63,939 bases of DNA, filler included, from Reclinomonas americana ATCC 50394 (GCA_048213135.1; 4 parts of 2 records of this genome joined end to end with filler, not necessarily neighbours in it), one strand, 5' to 3'; shown: positions 48,505 through 61,800, numbered from the whole stretch's first letter. A program made the numbers and translations. The notes: generated by a model from the letters alone, not told the origin.

Positions 48505-49301
48505 CAAGTCATTCAGAGTGGACGGATTGGTGGTGTCGTAGCACAGCAATGCAGCCTTGGATGCGCGGTAGTAGTTGCGAGCCACTGTGTTGAAATAATG
48601 AGTGGCGTGGGGGTGATGGCGACAAAAAAAGAGGGGGTGGTTGTGTGTGACAGCGCACCACTCTGGAAGCGCTCGTCGCCTGCAGTGTCCCATATTCTTA
48701 GTGTGAAATCCTGGCTGTAAATGTCGTACGTCTTGGAGATGTAGTCCACTGCGTATGCAAGGGTGAGGGTGGTGGTGGGGGAAGAAGGGGAGGAGAGAGA
48801 GAGAGAGAAAGGGAGTGAGCACCTCCGATGGTTGACTTGTACCCTGTGGATCGAGTGGGTGAGCGAGCGAGGGAGGGATAGGGGAGGGAGGGAGGGCGAG
48901 GAAGCGCATACCTTGCACGAATGAGTTCTTGCCGAATCGCTCCACCAGGGCGGTTTTGCCTGTGGTTGGGAAGGGAGGGTGAGCAGCAGGGAAAAGGATG
49001 GTGCCAGAGGAGCACGATTCAGGCAAGCCGCAAGAGGAGAACAAGAGAGAGATGAGGTTGCCATCCAAAGCGAATGCTCAGTGATTCATCTCGATGACGC
49101 TTTTTCGTTGCACGAGGCAGATGAGGTTGCCAGCGAACGCGGAGTCATCAGTCGTAAACGCTGATCCAGTCCAGCAAAGGAGTACAGTGAAGAGAAGAGT
49201 GAAAGGAAGACAGCGCGCGAAGCTGCCATCCACAGAATCGCTCCTCACAAACACACTGCTTTGTCGCAAGAATGCCAAGGCGTAGAGAGAGAGAGAGAGC
49301 G

Positions 49302-49345
<44 letters not shown>

Positions 49346-50834
49346 GTGTCTNNNNNNNNNNNNNNNNNNNNNNNNNNNNNNNNNNNNNNNNNNNNNNNNN
49401 NNNNNNNNNNNNNNNNNNNNNNNNNNNNNNNNNNNNNNNNNNNNNNNNNNNNNNNNNNNNNNNNNNNNNNNNNNNNNNNNNNNNNNNNNNNNNNNNNNNN
49501 NNNNNNNNNNNNNNNNNNNNNNNNNNNNNNNNNNNNNNNNNNNNNNNNNNNNNNNNNNNNNNNNNNNNNNNNNNNNNNNNNNNNNNNNNNNNNNNNNNNN
49601 NNNNNNNNNNNNNNNNNNNNNNNNNNNNNNNNNNNNNNCTCCATTATTCACTCATACAGAAGGCTGCCTAGCTTCCACGCCTGCATCCCCGCTCGAGAAG
49701 ACAGGGAGAGAAATAGAACAGCATGCACAGACTCGATGGATGCTTCCCTACTCTTCTCAGCAACGACGAGAAAGAACGTGAAAAGCAAGTTTCCTCTCAG
49801 AAAATCACGCTCCTCCATTCCAGGAGAGACACACAAAGAGAAAGCGCGAAGCGTCGAACAGCTCCACGCTCGAGAAGCCACGCAGGGCCTCGCTTCTCTA
49901 CTCGCAGAGGCAATACGAAGAGAAAGAGCGCGAATCGCAGCAGCCTCTGGCTGCTCAACCGCACATCTCAGCGACGAAGAAAAGTGTGCGACAGCTCCAC
50001 GGAAGAGGCAAAGGACAGCGCCACTGAGAAAGTAACTCAGCAGTCGAGATGCCTCGCTTCTCCACTCCCAGCAGCAGGCTCCCCCAACTGCTCAAGCACA
50101 GACGCGACAACTCCGCCCAAACTCTCCATGTTCCTCCACATACATAACCTCACCCCGCGAATCACCTCGGAACATCGACACACGCACACGCAGACTCACA
50201 GGCAGAAAGACACACAGACAACAGAGGCAAGAGAGAGAGCGCAGAAAGAGAGAATGTTGAAAAGAGCGCGAGAAAGAAGAACACAATGAGCATTGTGACT
50301 TACCCACAGACACATCGCCGACAACAATGACTTTTGCGCTCCACTCGTTCCTGAGAGCATAGAGAGAGAAAGAGAGAGAGAGACACTCCCATTCGTCAAC
50401 AACTGAATGACTCAAACTGTGAGAGTGAGTGAGAATGAGAGACCTTCCATGTCGATTACGACCGGTTTCAATGAGCTTTGCCTGCACACGCCCAGAGCTG
50501 TGTTTACGCACACTCTGACAGTGAGCAAACACACACGTCGCGCCAAGATAAAAATATACATGTGTGCGTGTGCAAGAGAGACACGCGCTGAGAGAGAGAG
50601 CGCGCGCGCGTGCAACACACACACGCGCACACAGAGAGAGAGACAACAGCAAGCAAGAGAGAGAGTTTGCGCGCGTGACCACATGGCCACAGACATCTCT
50701 CACACTTTTGTGTTTGTTTGTTTGTTGTTGAAACGTAACAGAATGGTGGCGGGGTCGACGACTGGTGCCAGCTTGGCGCCCTCGTCAGAGGAGGAGGCGG
50801 AGGCCGGGAGCGGACGTCCACCGCCCACTGACAT
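48505..50834 (-). CDS. Rab GTPase, Rab34/36-like; C-terminus in gap, first-exon splicing uncertain
   Basis: SAKVIVVGDVSVG|KTALVERF, YKSTIG|VDY, LRIWDTAGDERFQS|VARNYYRASKAALLCYD. The N-terminal extension and KVIVVGDxSVGKT suggest Rab34/36. Confidence 0.8.
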
Positions 50835-51638
50835 GATTGACAGATTGATATGTAGGGTTTCGTTGGTCGGCTGGGCTGGTGGATTTGGTAAGGCGTTTCT
50901 GTAGACGCTGCGGTCCTGCGTGCACGCGGTCAAGCTGCTCGGCGCGTGTTCTGTGCCATAGCATCTTCGGGTTCCACTTGCTGCTCCGTGGATTTCGAAT
51001 TCCGCTGCGACAGGTTCCCTGGTCGACGATATCGATGCGCATGCCTCGCGATCGATCTTGCGCATACAAGGTCCGGATGCTAGAAAAACTACAGTTCGTC
51101 CATCAACATGCAGCAATATGTACAGCCTTTTTGTAGCCAACCATATCCAAAACATCAAAAAAAAACAGCTGTTGAATTCTCACAAAACTTACTCGCGCAC
51201 AGGCACGCGCTGCAGATACGGACCCACCCACGCCTGCCGACATTTGCCGGACAGTTGCGCGCGTGGAGATCACAAGCGGAAAGAAGCGGCTGGATTGCGG
51301 AGATCGAAAGTCAAAAAATACTTGTGAGATATTGAAGAGTTTTGCGTGTCGAATGAAAGATGGTAGCCTAGTCACAGTGTGCGAATCCTCGACGGAGAAG
51401 GCGAGGTCGAATCGCTGTCAGCATTATATGCCGGAGAATTCGAAGACCAAGGCCTACGGGCCTCCGGAAACCGCATGCGCAAGAATGGAATTGACGAATG
51501 CACCATTCTGCAGCAATGCATTTCATAAGTACCAAACAGTGAATTCGTTTCCCAGCATCGCAGCGATCTCTCTGTCGTTGACAGGTTCACCAACCAACTG
51601 ATCGGCTCACCAAAAACAAACGTGTGGATCGCGCGCAA

Positions 51639-52595
51639 ATGGCGTCGTTCTTCACGCAAGGCTTCCCAGGTCTCCTTGCATCTTGTATGACGAATGTATG
51701 TGCCTCTGCATGGTGTTGCTGATCATCTCTCTGTGTGCGTGCGTGTCATTTTCGCAGAGGATTATGTGAACCCGCGCAAGATCCCGCGCTTGTTGTTTGC
51801 TGTTGCGTTGCACACACGCACATATGTGTGTGTCTGTGCATAAGAGTGTCAGAGTGAGCGAGCGAGAAAGGGAGAGAGCGCGCGCGCGATTGAGAATAGT
51901 TGTCTCTGAGGTTGTGTTGTCTCACTCTCTTCTGCTCTGCACATGTGTGCACTCGCGCTCTCTTGCTCTCTCTTTCTCTCTGTGCGTCATTATGCGTGCG
52001 CGTGCACTGCNNNNNNNNNNNNNNNNNNNNCGCCTCGCGCTGTGACTTGAGGAACTTGACCATCTCCACCGTCTTTCGCAGCTCCGGGATGCGCTCGTTG
52101 GCAGACTCACGACGCGCAGTCAGCAGACGCTCGTGCATTTGGTACTTGCTGTGTGTGAAATGAGGACAAGGGCAAGGGAGGGAAGGGCAAGACAAGGGAA
52201 ACGGAGGGAAGGGGAAGACAAGGGCGTTCATCGGCATTCCTTCTGCGCCTTTCTCTCTCTCTCAGTGGTCAGTCACACTCTCACTCTCTCATTCTTTCCT
52301 CTCTCTTCGCTGTCTCCTTCTGTCCTTCTCTCCCTCTGTGTGTGTGTGCGAGCGAGCGAGTGAGTGAGTGAGTGAGTGGGTAGAGAGAGACTCTCCGTCT
52401 TCCTCTTTTCTCCCTTTCATCTCTCGTATCTCCTCTCTCTCTCACACACACTCTCTCTCTCTCTCTCTCACTCTCTCTGCGTGTGTGTGTGTGTGAGTGA
52501 GAAAGTAGAGAGAGACAAGTCTATCGCCCTCTCCCTGTTTCCTACACACCTTCGTTTCCTCCCTCTTTCCTCTGTCATATCTCCCTCTCTCTCTC

Positions 52596-52644
<49 letters not shown>

Positions 52645-53260
52645 CGCCAGACTCCACTACTTGTANNNNNNNNNNNNNNNNNNNNNNNNNNNNNNNNNNN
52701 NNAACGAGGAGGCACGCGTGAACTTCAAGCTGGCGGGCAATGTGCTGGCCGAGGCGATTGTGGATGACTCGGAGTCGGTGTTTTTGTGGTTGGGAGTTGA
52801 GTTGTGGGTGGCGACGTTGGATGACTTGTCTCGGTCGTTGTTGATGTCGTTGATACTGTTGTGTTCCAGCCACTTATCATTGTGGTCGTTCTCGTGACGC
52901 ATACACGCTTTCCGTCTGCCTCTCTCTCTCTCTCTCTCGCGATTGATGCCGAATTTGTCACTTGCTTCTTGTTTGTCGTTGATATGTTGTTGTCACGCAC
53001 ATTTCGCATTCCCCCTCTCTCTGTACATCCCCTCACCTCCCCTTCCCCTCCCGTCGCAGGGCAACGTTGCCGTCGAATTCTGCCACGACGAGGCCATCAC
53101 GCTGCTCACCGGCCACATCTCCGAGGCCGAGGAGCAAATGGCGCAGTGGGAGGAGGATTTGGCGTGGTTGCGAGAGAACATTGTCACCACCGAGGTGACA
53201 ATTGCACGCGTGTACAATCACGACGTGATGGAACGACGCAAGGCCAAGGAGAAGAAGTAG
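51639..53260 (+). CDS. PFDN3: Prefoldin subunit 3 (VBP1/Gim2); the middle contig is inverted in the scaffold
   Basis: Plus-strand exons: VNPRKIPRL, VNFKLAGNVLAEA..VFLWLG|GNVAVEF..EAITLL..LAWLRENIVTTEVTIARVYNHDV. The exon KYQMHERLL..IPELRKTVEMV lies on the minus strand at 52031-52148. Confidence 0.88.
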
Positions 53261-53439
53261 TCAGTCGCGCTGCTGCAGAGGATGTGTCTGTTGGTGGAGG
53301 AGCAAGAATGTAGGTTGTTTCTAAAGGGAGATGCACGTTGCGCGCTCGGCGAAGATGGTTTGTGTGACTCTCCGGTTTGATTGTGCATCACTCAGCTGTC
53401 TGCGAGCTCGCGATTTTCCCGCTCGATGACAGTAAGGCT

Positions 53440-53905
53440 CGCCAGCACTCAGCCATCGATGGTGACTGCCTCCGTCTCCTTCATCTTGACGAGCACCATG
53501 GCCGACTACCGGTTCTCCTCGCTCGTGTAAATCACTTCGATCATGGGCTTCTCAATCCAGGCCGAGGATACGGAATCGAGAATCGAGCACAAAAGATGGC
53601 CAGCACTCAGCCATCGATGGTTACTGCCTCACTCGCCCTCTCTCAGCCGTTATCGGTGCAGCACCCAGCCTTTGTTGGCACATCGAAAAAGCTTGCAGCC
53701 AATCTTCGCTCCCTATCCTCCCCATCTTCAGCAAAACACATCTTCCCTCCATTCCTCACTCGCCCGCTCTCAGCCGTTATCGGTGACCATCGCCTCGACC
53801 GAACCCAGCACCCAGCCTTTGTCGGCACATCGAAAAAGCTTGCACCCAATCTTCGCTCCCTTTCTTCCCCATCTTCAGCAAAACACAAATCTTCCCTCCA
53901 TTCTT
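53440..53905. repeat. ~147-bp tandem duplications between convergent genes
   Basis: CAGCACCCAGCCTTTGT.GGCACATCGAAAAAGCTTGCA.CCAATCTTCGCTCCCT occurs at about 53659 and 53806. GCCAGCACTCAGCCATCGATGG occurs twice. Confidence 0.85.
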
Positions 53906-53926
53906 TTCTCCACATCACCACCATCA

Positions 53927-55524
53927 TTACCACCACTGCGGTATGGCAGCCGACAAGGCCCTGCACACCTCCTCCAGACCTTTCGCGTCCTCCGGAGTGA
54001 AGCGCGACTGCACACTGCTGTCAATGTCCAGCACGCCAATGACGCGCGCCGAGTCGTCGCGATCAAACACCGGCACCACCACCTCGCTCTGTGCAGTGCG
54101 TATGTGCGGGAGCGATGAGCGCGGGATGTGTGCACAGAGGGGGGTGAGGGAGCGCACCTCCGACACCGAGTCACACGCAATGTGCCCGGGGAATGCGTGC
54201 ACATCGGGAACGAGCTGCGTCTCTCGCGTGGACACGGCCGTGCCGCACACGCCGCGACCGACGGGAATGCGGATGCAGGCGACCTTGCCTGAGGGGAGGG
54301 AGGGGGAAGGGATAGGGAGGGGGAAGGGAAAGTGTGAGAGAGAGAGGGGGGGAGGGAGAGCGTCGTTGGTGGGTGAAGTATGTGAGCGACGGGATGACTG
54401 GGAGAGTGAGTGCAGAAAAGAGGGGGGGGGTGTGTCGGCGAGTGAATGCGTGAGTGAGCGAGTCAGGAGCGCAGAGAGTGATGGAAAAATATGCATCAGG
54501 GAGTGCGTGATGTGCAAGTGAGCGACTGCTGCGTAATTGAATGAGTAAAAGGGAGTGGGTGCACGGGTGCGAAAGGGAGTGAGTGCATGCGTGTGAGTGA
54601 GACAGCGTAGGGATAATTGAGCAAGCGAAGGAAGCAAGGAGACAAAGATAGTCAGTGGTGGAGAGAGAAACACAATAGTGAGAGATCATCGAGCGAGCGC
54701 GATGGCCGAGCGAGCGACGGAAAGAAGGAGACAGCGAGTAAGTGGCGGAGAGAGAAACACCTCACGACAATGAACGGTGAAGTGAGTGAGACAGTGAGCG
54801 ACAGGATGATCCAGCGAGCGACGGAAGGAAAGAGACAGCGAGTCAGCGACTGGGAAAGAAACACAGCAACACAATGTACGATCAGTGTTATTGTGCGAGT
54901 GAGTGAGCGTGTCGCGCACCTTGGAAGGGACCAAGCACGAGGGTCTTTGCATCGCGCAGGAAGTAAAATCCGCACCAGTTGATCGTGTTCTCGTAGCGCG
55001 CATTCAACTCAGCGTACTTATTGAGCAAAACCAGCGTGAGGGCAGAGAACAAGGACAATGCAGGCACAGTACGCACTCACCAACACGGCGGCCACTGCAT
55101 CATGCATGCATGCAATTAGTGAGTCATGATCGTCGTAAAAAGGGGATGAGACAGCAGAAGAAAGAGAGAGAAGAAAGTGAGTGAGTGTAGTGAGTGTGTG
55201 TGAGTGTGCAGACTGTAACTCTCTCATTCTCTTCGTAAACGAGTGAGAAGTGAAGGGAAGGCGAATGAGGAAGAGAGAGACACACACAGTGACTGAGATG
55301 CGTGTGTTTGAGAATGCAATGAGCGTGTGAATGACACACTCGCTCACACTCATGGTCACTCTCTGTACGCTCGCCTACTCACTGCTCTCTCTCTCTCTCT
55401 CTCTCTCTCACTTACCCTTGTCTTCCCTCTCTCTTTCCCCTTCTCTTCCCCTCTCACCATTCGCCGTATTCGCCACATAGTCCGGCTCGCCAGTGACCAG
55501 CGAAGTGACTTGCTCGACAAGTGA
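53927..55524 (-). CDS. msrC: Free methionine-R-sulfoxide reductase (GAF domain, fRMsr/MsrC); first exon in gap
   Basis: VANTANV|AAVL|YAEL..INWCGFYF..LVLGPFQ|GKVACIRIPVGRGVCGTA..VPDVHAFPGHIACD..|SEVVVPV..IGVLDIDS. Confidence 0.93.
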
Positions 55525-57744
55525 CTGATAGAACTCGCTCATGCTTTGTGTTTTNNNNNNNNNNNNNNNNNNNNNNNNNNNNNNNNNNNNNNNNNNNNNN
55601 NNNNNNNNNNNNNNNNNNNNNNNNNNNNNNNNNNNNNNNNNNNNNNNNNNNNNNNNNNNNNNNNNNNNNNNNNNNNNNNNNNNNNNNNNNNNNNNNNNNN
55701 NNNNNNNNNNNNNNNNNNNNNNNNNNNNNNNNNNNNNNNNNNNNNNNNNNNNNNNNNNNNNNNNNNNNNNNNNNNNNNNNNNNNNNNNNNNNNNNNNNNN
55801 NNNNNNNNNNNNNNNNNNNNNNNNNNNNNNNNNNNNNNNNNNNNNNNNNNNNNNNNNNNNNNNNNNNNNNNNNNNNNNAAAGGGACGGTTACCACTATAA
55901 AATTCGTATGTCTAGAAAGGTGAGGGCGGGAACGAGTTTCTCAAGCCACTGGCGAGAGAAGGCAACCAGGTCATCACGAACATCAGTCAACCCAGTCACT
56001 CGGAGGTGCACTGTGGCGTGTCTCTCTGAGTGCCACCGTGTAGGGGTGGTGTTCCTCGTGGTGTGCAAATGCACCGTGCATGTAAACACTCGAGGTGGGG
56101 GGGCGTGTGGTGGGCGGCATGGAGTGGAAATTGCCACCAAAACGCGCCATGGGCCCTTCCACTGCACCACACGCCGCGAAAAGTGTGCCCACCACCTCTT
56201 GTACGTGTACAGTCATACCCCAGAGAGCGGCGGCGCGCGGCGATGCGTGGAAGTGACCTAGGAATTTTCTTGAATTCACCGAAAATCTGGTGGAAGCGTC
56301 CCNNNNNNNNNNNNNNNNNNNNNNNNNNNNNNNNNNNNNNNNNNNNNNNNNNNNNNNNNNNNNNNNNNNNNNNNNNNNNNNNNNNNNNNNNNNNNNNNNN
56401 NNNNNNNNNNNNNNNNNNNNNNNNNNNNNNNNNNNNNNNNNNNNNNNNNNNNNNNNNNNNNNNNNNNNNNNNNNNNNNNNNNNNNNNNNNNNNNNNNNNN
56501 NNNNNNNNNNNNNNNNNNNNNNNNNNNNNNNNNNNNNNNNNNNNNNNNNNNNNNNNNNNNNNNNNNNNNNNNNNNNNNNNNNNNNNNNNNNNNNNNNNNN
56601 NNNNNNNNNNNNNNNNNNNNNNNNNNNNNNNNNNNNNNNNNNNNNNNNNNNNNNNNNNNNNNNNNNNNNNNNNNNNNNNNNNNNNNNNNNNNNNNNNNNN
56701 NNNNNNNNNNNNNNNNNNNNNNNNNNNNNNNNNNNNNNNNNNNNNNNNNNNNNNNNNNNNNNNNNNNNNNNNNNNNNNNNNNNNNNNNNNNNNNNNNNNN
56801 NNNNNNNNNNNNNNNNNNNNNNNNNNNNNNNNNNNNNNNNNNNNNNNNNNNNNNNNNNNNNNNNNNNNNNNNNNNNNNNNNNNNNNNNNNNNNNNNNNNN
56901 NNNNNNNNNNNNNNNNNNNNNNNNNNNNNNNNNNNNTTTAACGTCGGAGATGTGTCGGAGTCAATGCATCCCGAGGTTTGTCCTCCACTGTTGAGTGCGA
57001 CCACATTGGCAGGTTATCACCAGCTCGTGGTCAGCGTTCAACGCACATGCAATCCACCGCGACGAGTGCACTGGCAGAGAGTGTGCAGTTTGATTGGCGA
57101 AAATGATTGCAATTTGCGTTCGGTTTTTGCACTCGTGGCGCCTTTCCGCACTCTACAGCACTTGTGTGTGCATGCTACACAGTGTTGCGAGACCCGATCG
57201 GGTGCACACAGCATGCACCGCATTCGCTAACACTTTCGATATTCGAAGATGGTCATTCTCGTTCTCGCTCTCCGTGCGCATACATCTGCGTTCGCGCGCG
57301 GCCGGCCCGCGCCGCACTCTCTTGTGCCCACCTCCAGCTCATTATTGTCGCCCTCATGCAACCTTCCTTCTTTGCACGAGATATTCGGCGGATTTGGCAA
57401 CTTTTCCCGATCGCGACGTCGATTCTCTCCTCCTTCTACTCCCGGGCCCTCCTCCGCCTCCCACTCCTTCCCCTCCACCACCACACTCTCTTGCGTCCTG
57501 CACATTGCGTTCTGAAACACATGAAATAGTTCTGAGAATTCTCCGTTTCTTTCTCTCTTCTCCTCTCCTAGGCCTCCTCCTCCTCCTCGAGCTCCACCAC
57601 TCTCACCATCACTACCACCCCTGTTCCGCAGTATCCTGCTGCAAAGTTTCATTGGCATACATGCACTGACCACATTGTCCGATATCGATATTCCCTTCCC
57701 CGCACCCTTCCTCTTCCTCCGTTCACCTCTCCTCCTCTCTCCAT

Positions 57745-58700
57745 CAACAGAGAACTGACACTTGGGCACAACAGGCGATGCCATTAAGCGATCAATCACC
57801 ACCGATTCGGTGCGTCTGATCTGCGGCAGCGGCCACAGCGAGAGTTCCTTGCCTGTCTGTGCGTCGATGAGGTTCGTGAGAGAAGCTGTGGTTTTATTCA
57901 ACTTTACTCATATCTTCAACCCTGATGTGCAGTCACCGCTCGTCGCACACGCTGTCACCGTCGACGTGGCCACCACTCCGCTCTTTGGCACACACTGCTT
58001 TGTCGACGCAGTGAATGTCCACGAGCCGCACGCAGTCAACTGGGAGCACCACAGTGAGCACGCTTGTGGTCCGGTTGTTGTTTTGATGGCCCACGTGAGA
58101 TCGCCACCAGGCCGATCTGCATACCAACCAACACGCCACATCTGTCACGATCCTCCCGCCACCGTGAGCTATGAGCATTCCTGCGTACGCACCCGTGCTG
58201 GTCTGGAAGCCGCTGCTGTCGTATGCCGCCGCACTTGTCTTGCGTCCCGATACCAAGCAGAAATGCGAGCCACACACGTTGCTCGTCTCTGGGTTGGCGG
58301 CCACTACCGGAACGGTGCTCTGCGTGCGACAGAAGTGAGTTTGTGGTATCCTCACACGCTCCTGCCTGTCACCGATAAAACGTGCCTTCAAAGTACACAA
58401 GCTCACGCCGAGAGTGTTGGATGCCGCAGCAGCATCCAAGAAGGTCCACGATCGGCATTGTGGGTACAGATCGCACAATTCGCAGCATCCGACCTCACTA
58501 GCAACCGAAGGCATTGTGCCCAAGATCGTGCCACCAGGTCGATCCACTGCCTCGAATAGGCACACTTCCAATGCCGCTGTTCGGTGTGGCGAAGAGTGAG
58601 ACGGCCGATCATGGGACACAGAGCGGAATCTCTACGCAACGAGCCACAACTCCATTCTGCACCGTTGAACAACCAGTATTCAACGCTGCACACGCACCCC
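57745..58700 (-). CDS. Coding segments with two PAN/apple-like domains; gene boundaries unresolved
   Basis: SEVGCCELCDLYPQCRSWTF...CTLK and TTTGPQACSLWCSQLTACGSWTFTASTKQCVPKSG...TSG show the C-x3-C-x5-C-x2-WTF-xn-C-x2-K pattern. Confidence 0.6.
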
Positions 58701-58879
58701 AATCACCGTTAGCATCGCCCATCTCTCTTGCTGACACCAACAATTGCGGATGGAGTGCGAGTCCAACGAGGAAAAGAGTATGGCTGAACGAAGTTCCACA
58801 GTAGCTGTACCGAATTGCGCATGACGAAGCGCGAAACTCTCGATCATTTTCATCTCCGACAGGCGGTGCGTATCCTTCT

Positions 58880-61800
58880 CATCATCCAACAATAAATGCA
58901 CATGCACCAGTCACTCTTCTCCACCCTTGATTCTGTCGCCTGCACTCTTCATCCAAGAGCGCATCACCAAACCCACTCTTATGAGCTTGCATGACACCAC
59001 CAAACGATACCTCTCCCCCTGCCCTCCTCTCTCCTTCCCTTCACCCTCCTCCCTGTCCCCACCCACGCACCATACACAATCATAAACTGCTTGGTGTACG
59101 TCAGCGCGCCGTCGCTCACTTGCACAAACACTTGCAGTCGCCGACTCAGTGGCGGAGCCACCGAAATCGTCAGCTGATTGCCACCGACGATGGTGAACAG
59201 AGCCGCATGCACACCACCAACGATGCTGAATGTCGGCGTCTGTCCCGTGTTGAGATCCACCATGCTCAGTGTGCCCACCGTGAACGGCACCGTCGCACTC
59301 GAGTACGTCTGCGCACCCGACAGCAGAATGTCGCTCGGCGCCACGCTTCCTGCACACACACTCTGGTCAGCTGATACACGCATACACACTCATACACATA
59401 CATATACAGAGAGGGGGAGTGAAGAGAGAGAGAGAGAGAGAGAGCAAGGGAGAGAGAAGAACAACATGAAGGAAAAGAAGCACAGCTCTAGATCTCCACA
59501 CACAAACAAACAAGAAAGCAACGGCCGAATGTTCCCTGCGCTCACCAATGGCGAATGCCGACACGGCCAGATATGCCTTGGCTGGCGCCCATCGTATGCA
59601 CAGCTCGTACGTGCCACCAGTTGCACCCGCCGCCCCAATCGTCAGCGTGATGCTGGTCGCACTGCCGAATGTGCTGCTGACGCTGGTGCTGGCCACGGCT
59701 GTCGGCGGTGTCGTGGCGGCACAAAGTGGAGTGCCCAACACATACGCCGACGCATCTGCCGAGTTGTTCACCAGCGCGGATCCCGTCAGTGTTATCAACT
59801 GGCCAGCCAGTGCCGACACGAAGGTGGCCGACAGAGAAGTCACGGTCGGCGCTGCATGCAAATGGCAAAACAGTGAGTCTCACCAAGCAGCAACGTCACG
59901 CACAGTCAGAAATGGCACGCAACCAGCAATGTTGAGGGTCTGGTCGAACGACATCGCAGGGTTGCCATTGTCGGTCGTGCGCACAATCACCACCAGCGAG
60001 GCCGTCACTCCCGCAGTTGCAAACTGCAGCTGATTGCCAGACGCAATCGTCACCAATGCGCTGCTGGCGCCACCCACCACCGAATACGTGAACGACTGCT
60101 GCAAATCCACATCACTCGTGCTCATCGTGCCGATCGCCTGCCCCACCGTGCTGGGTGGAAAATAAGAGCTCGCACTCAGCGTCACCGCCGTCGGTGCATT
60201 GTTCACTGCGGGAACGACACGCTCAGCATTCACGCCAAGAAGCACGCCACACTCACTCTGCTACTCACCCGACGTCACAGAAAATGACTTGTCAAAAAAC
60301 ATGGGCGGTGTGCCATTGTCAAACGAGCGAATCGTAACGGCCAGTGGACTACCGGACTGACCCGCCGAAGTGATCTGCAGTTGTGCGCCAGCGCTAACCG
60401 AAAACGCAGCGCCGTTCGCACCTCCACTGACCGCGTACGTAAATGACTGTCCAACGTTATCGTCGCTGATACTCATTGTGCACACGGTCATGTTGGCCGT
60501 CGACGGTGCGACATACGTTGTCGTTCCAGCGCACGCAATGTCGGTCGGCGCCGAGTTGGAGGTGGTGAAGGACATGGTAGAGCCGGTGAGGGTGCTGGGC
60601 GCAGTGGAGGTTGAAACGGCACGGAAATAGTACGTCCAGTTGGCGGCCAGCGATGTCAGAGACGCAGTCAAGGTGGTGCTGGAAGCGACGCCAGAGTTGG
60701 CCGGAGTAGCAGCGATGGTGGTGGAGCCGATGGTCAGTCGGCGGATAGTATGGTTGCTCCAGTCTGGAGAGGGAAATGCTGAGAAGGAAGACAAGACACA
60801 AAAGTGGTTCAATCTCTGCTTTGATCACGCACCTGCAATATACAGCGTGGATGATGCGGAATCGTACGATATAAATACCTGGACTGACACAATGAGAGAA
60901 GCACCATATTATAGTCACCATCAGTACCAGACGAACGAACCGGATTTGTCATCTGAGCAGCTGTAAGTGGGCTCCCATCAGCTGATCCTGCTACACCTGC
61001 AGCACCGGCGATGGTTGTAACGGCGCCAGTGCTGATGACGACTTGGCGAATGGTGAAATTCATAAACTTTAAATGATAAAGATCTAAAAATTAGTGACAC
61101 GAGTAATACTTCACGTGCATTGCGTTAGCCCGACGCAACATCAGCAACGTACAGAACGCCACGCGCTCGATCAAGCTGTATGCCAAGAGGTTCGTTGAAT
61201 CGAGCCGCTGTACCTGTGGCATCCGTTGACCCTGTTACCGCGGCGAGCGACCCGGCCAGAGTCGACAAGGTCATCGCCAACATGTCGATCACTCGAATGG
61301 TGTGGCCGGATCGATCAGCTGCATGGCCCTGTCCCGTTAGTGATCATTCAAACACGCTAGAATACACACGAATACACGCACCAACATAGAGTCGATTGGC
61401 CGTCGTGTCCAGAGCCAAGCCGTTGGGTCCAACAAACCGCGCTGTTGTTACGCACGCTCCGTCAACTGTACCCGACGATCCAATCGTGCCACAGAAGGTG
61501 GTTACTTCGCCGCCGAATGTAACCTAAGAAACGGATCGAATGAACAGATCGTAGAAGCACGGCAGTAGCACATGCGAGCAGGCACCTTTCTGATGGCGAG
61601 GTTACTCCAGTCACCAACATACACCGCCTTGTTCGAAGGATCAACCAAGATGCCATGCGGTCTGTTAAATCTCGCACTAGATCCGGTGCCATTTGCAGTG
61701 CCGGCTGACCCGTTGCCAGCCAGAGTCGATACAGAACCGGAAGGGGTACTCACACGGATTGCGTGGTTCGATTGCTAGTGGCGGTAGTTGTCAGGGACAG

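Noticed and set aside
50900-51620. Possible small gene or transposase remnant between Rab and prefoldin-3
   Set aside because: No recognisable motif or consistent splice model.
55880-56302. Possible RNA gene or transposon end in an isolated contig
   Set aside because: I could not recognise tRNA, snRNA or terminal-repeat structure by eye; a covariance-model search is needed.
893-61139. GTTGCG introns as an introner (mobile intron) family or as U12 introns
   Set aside because: The intron bodies share no visible similarity beyond the donor, and the U12 signature RTATCCTT is absent.
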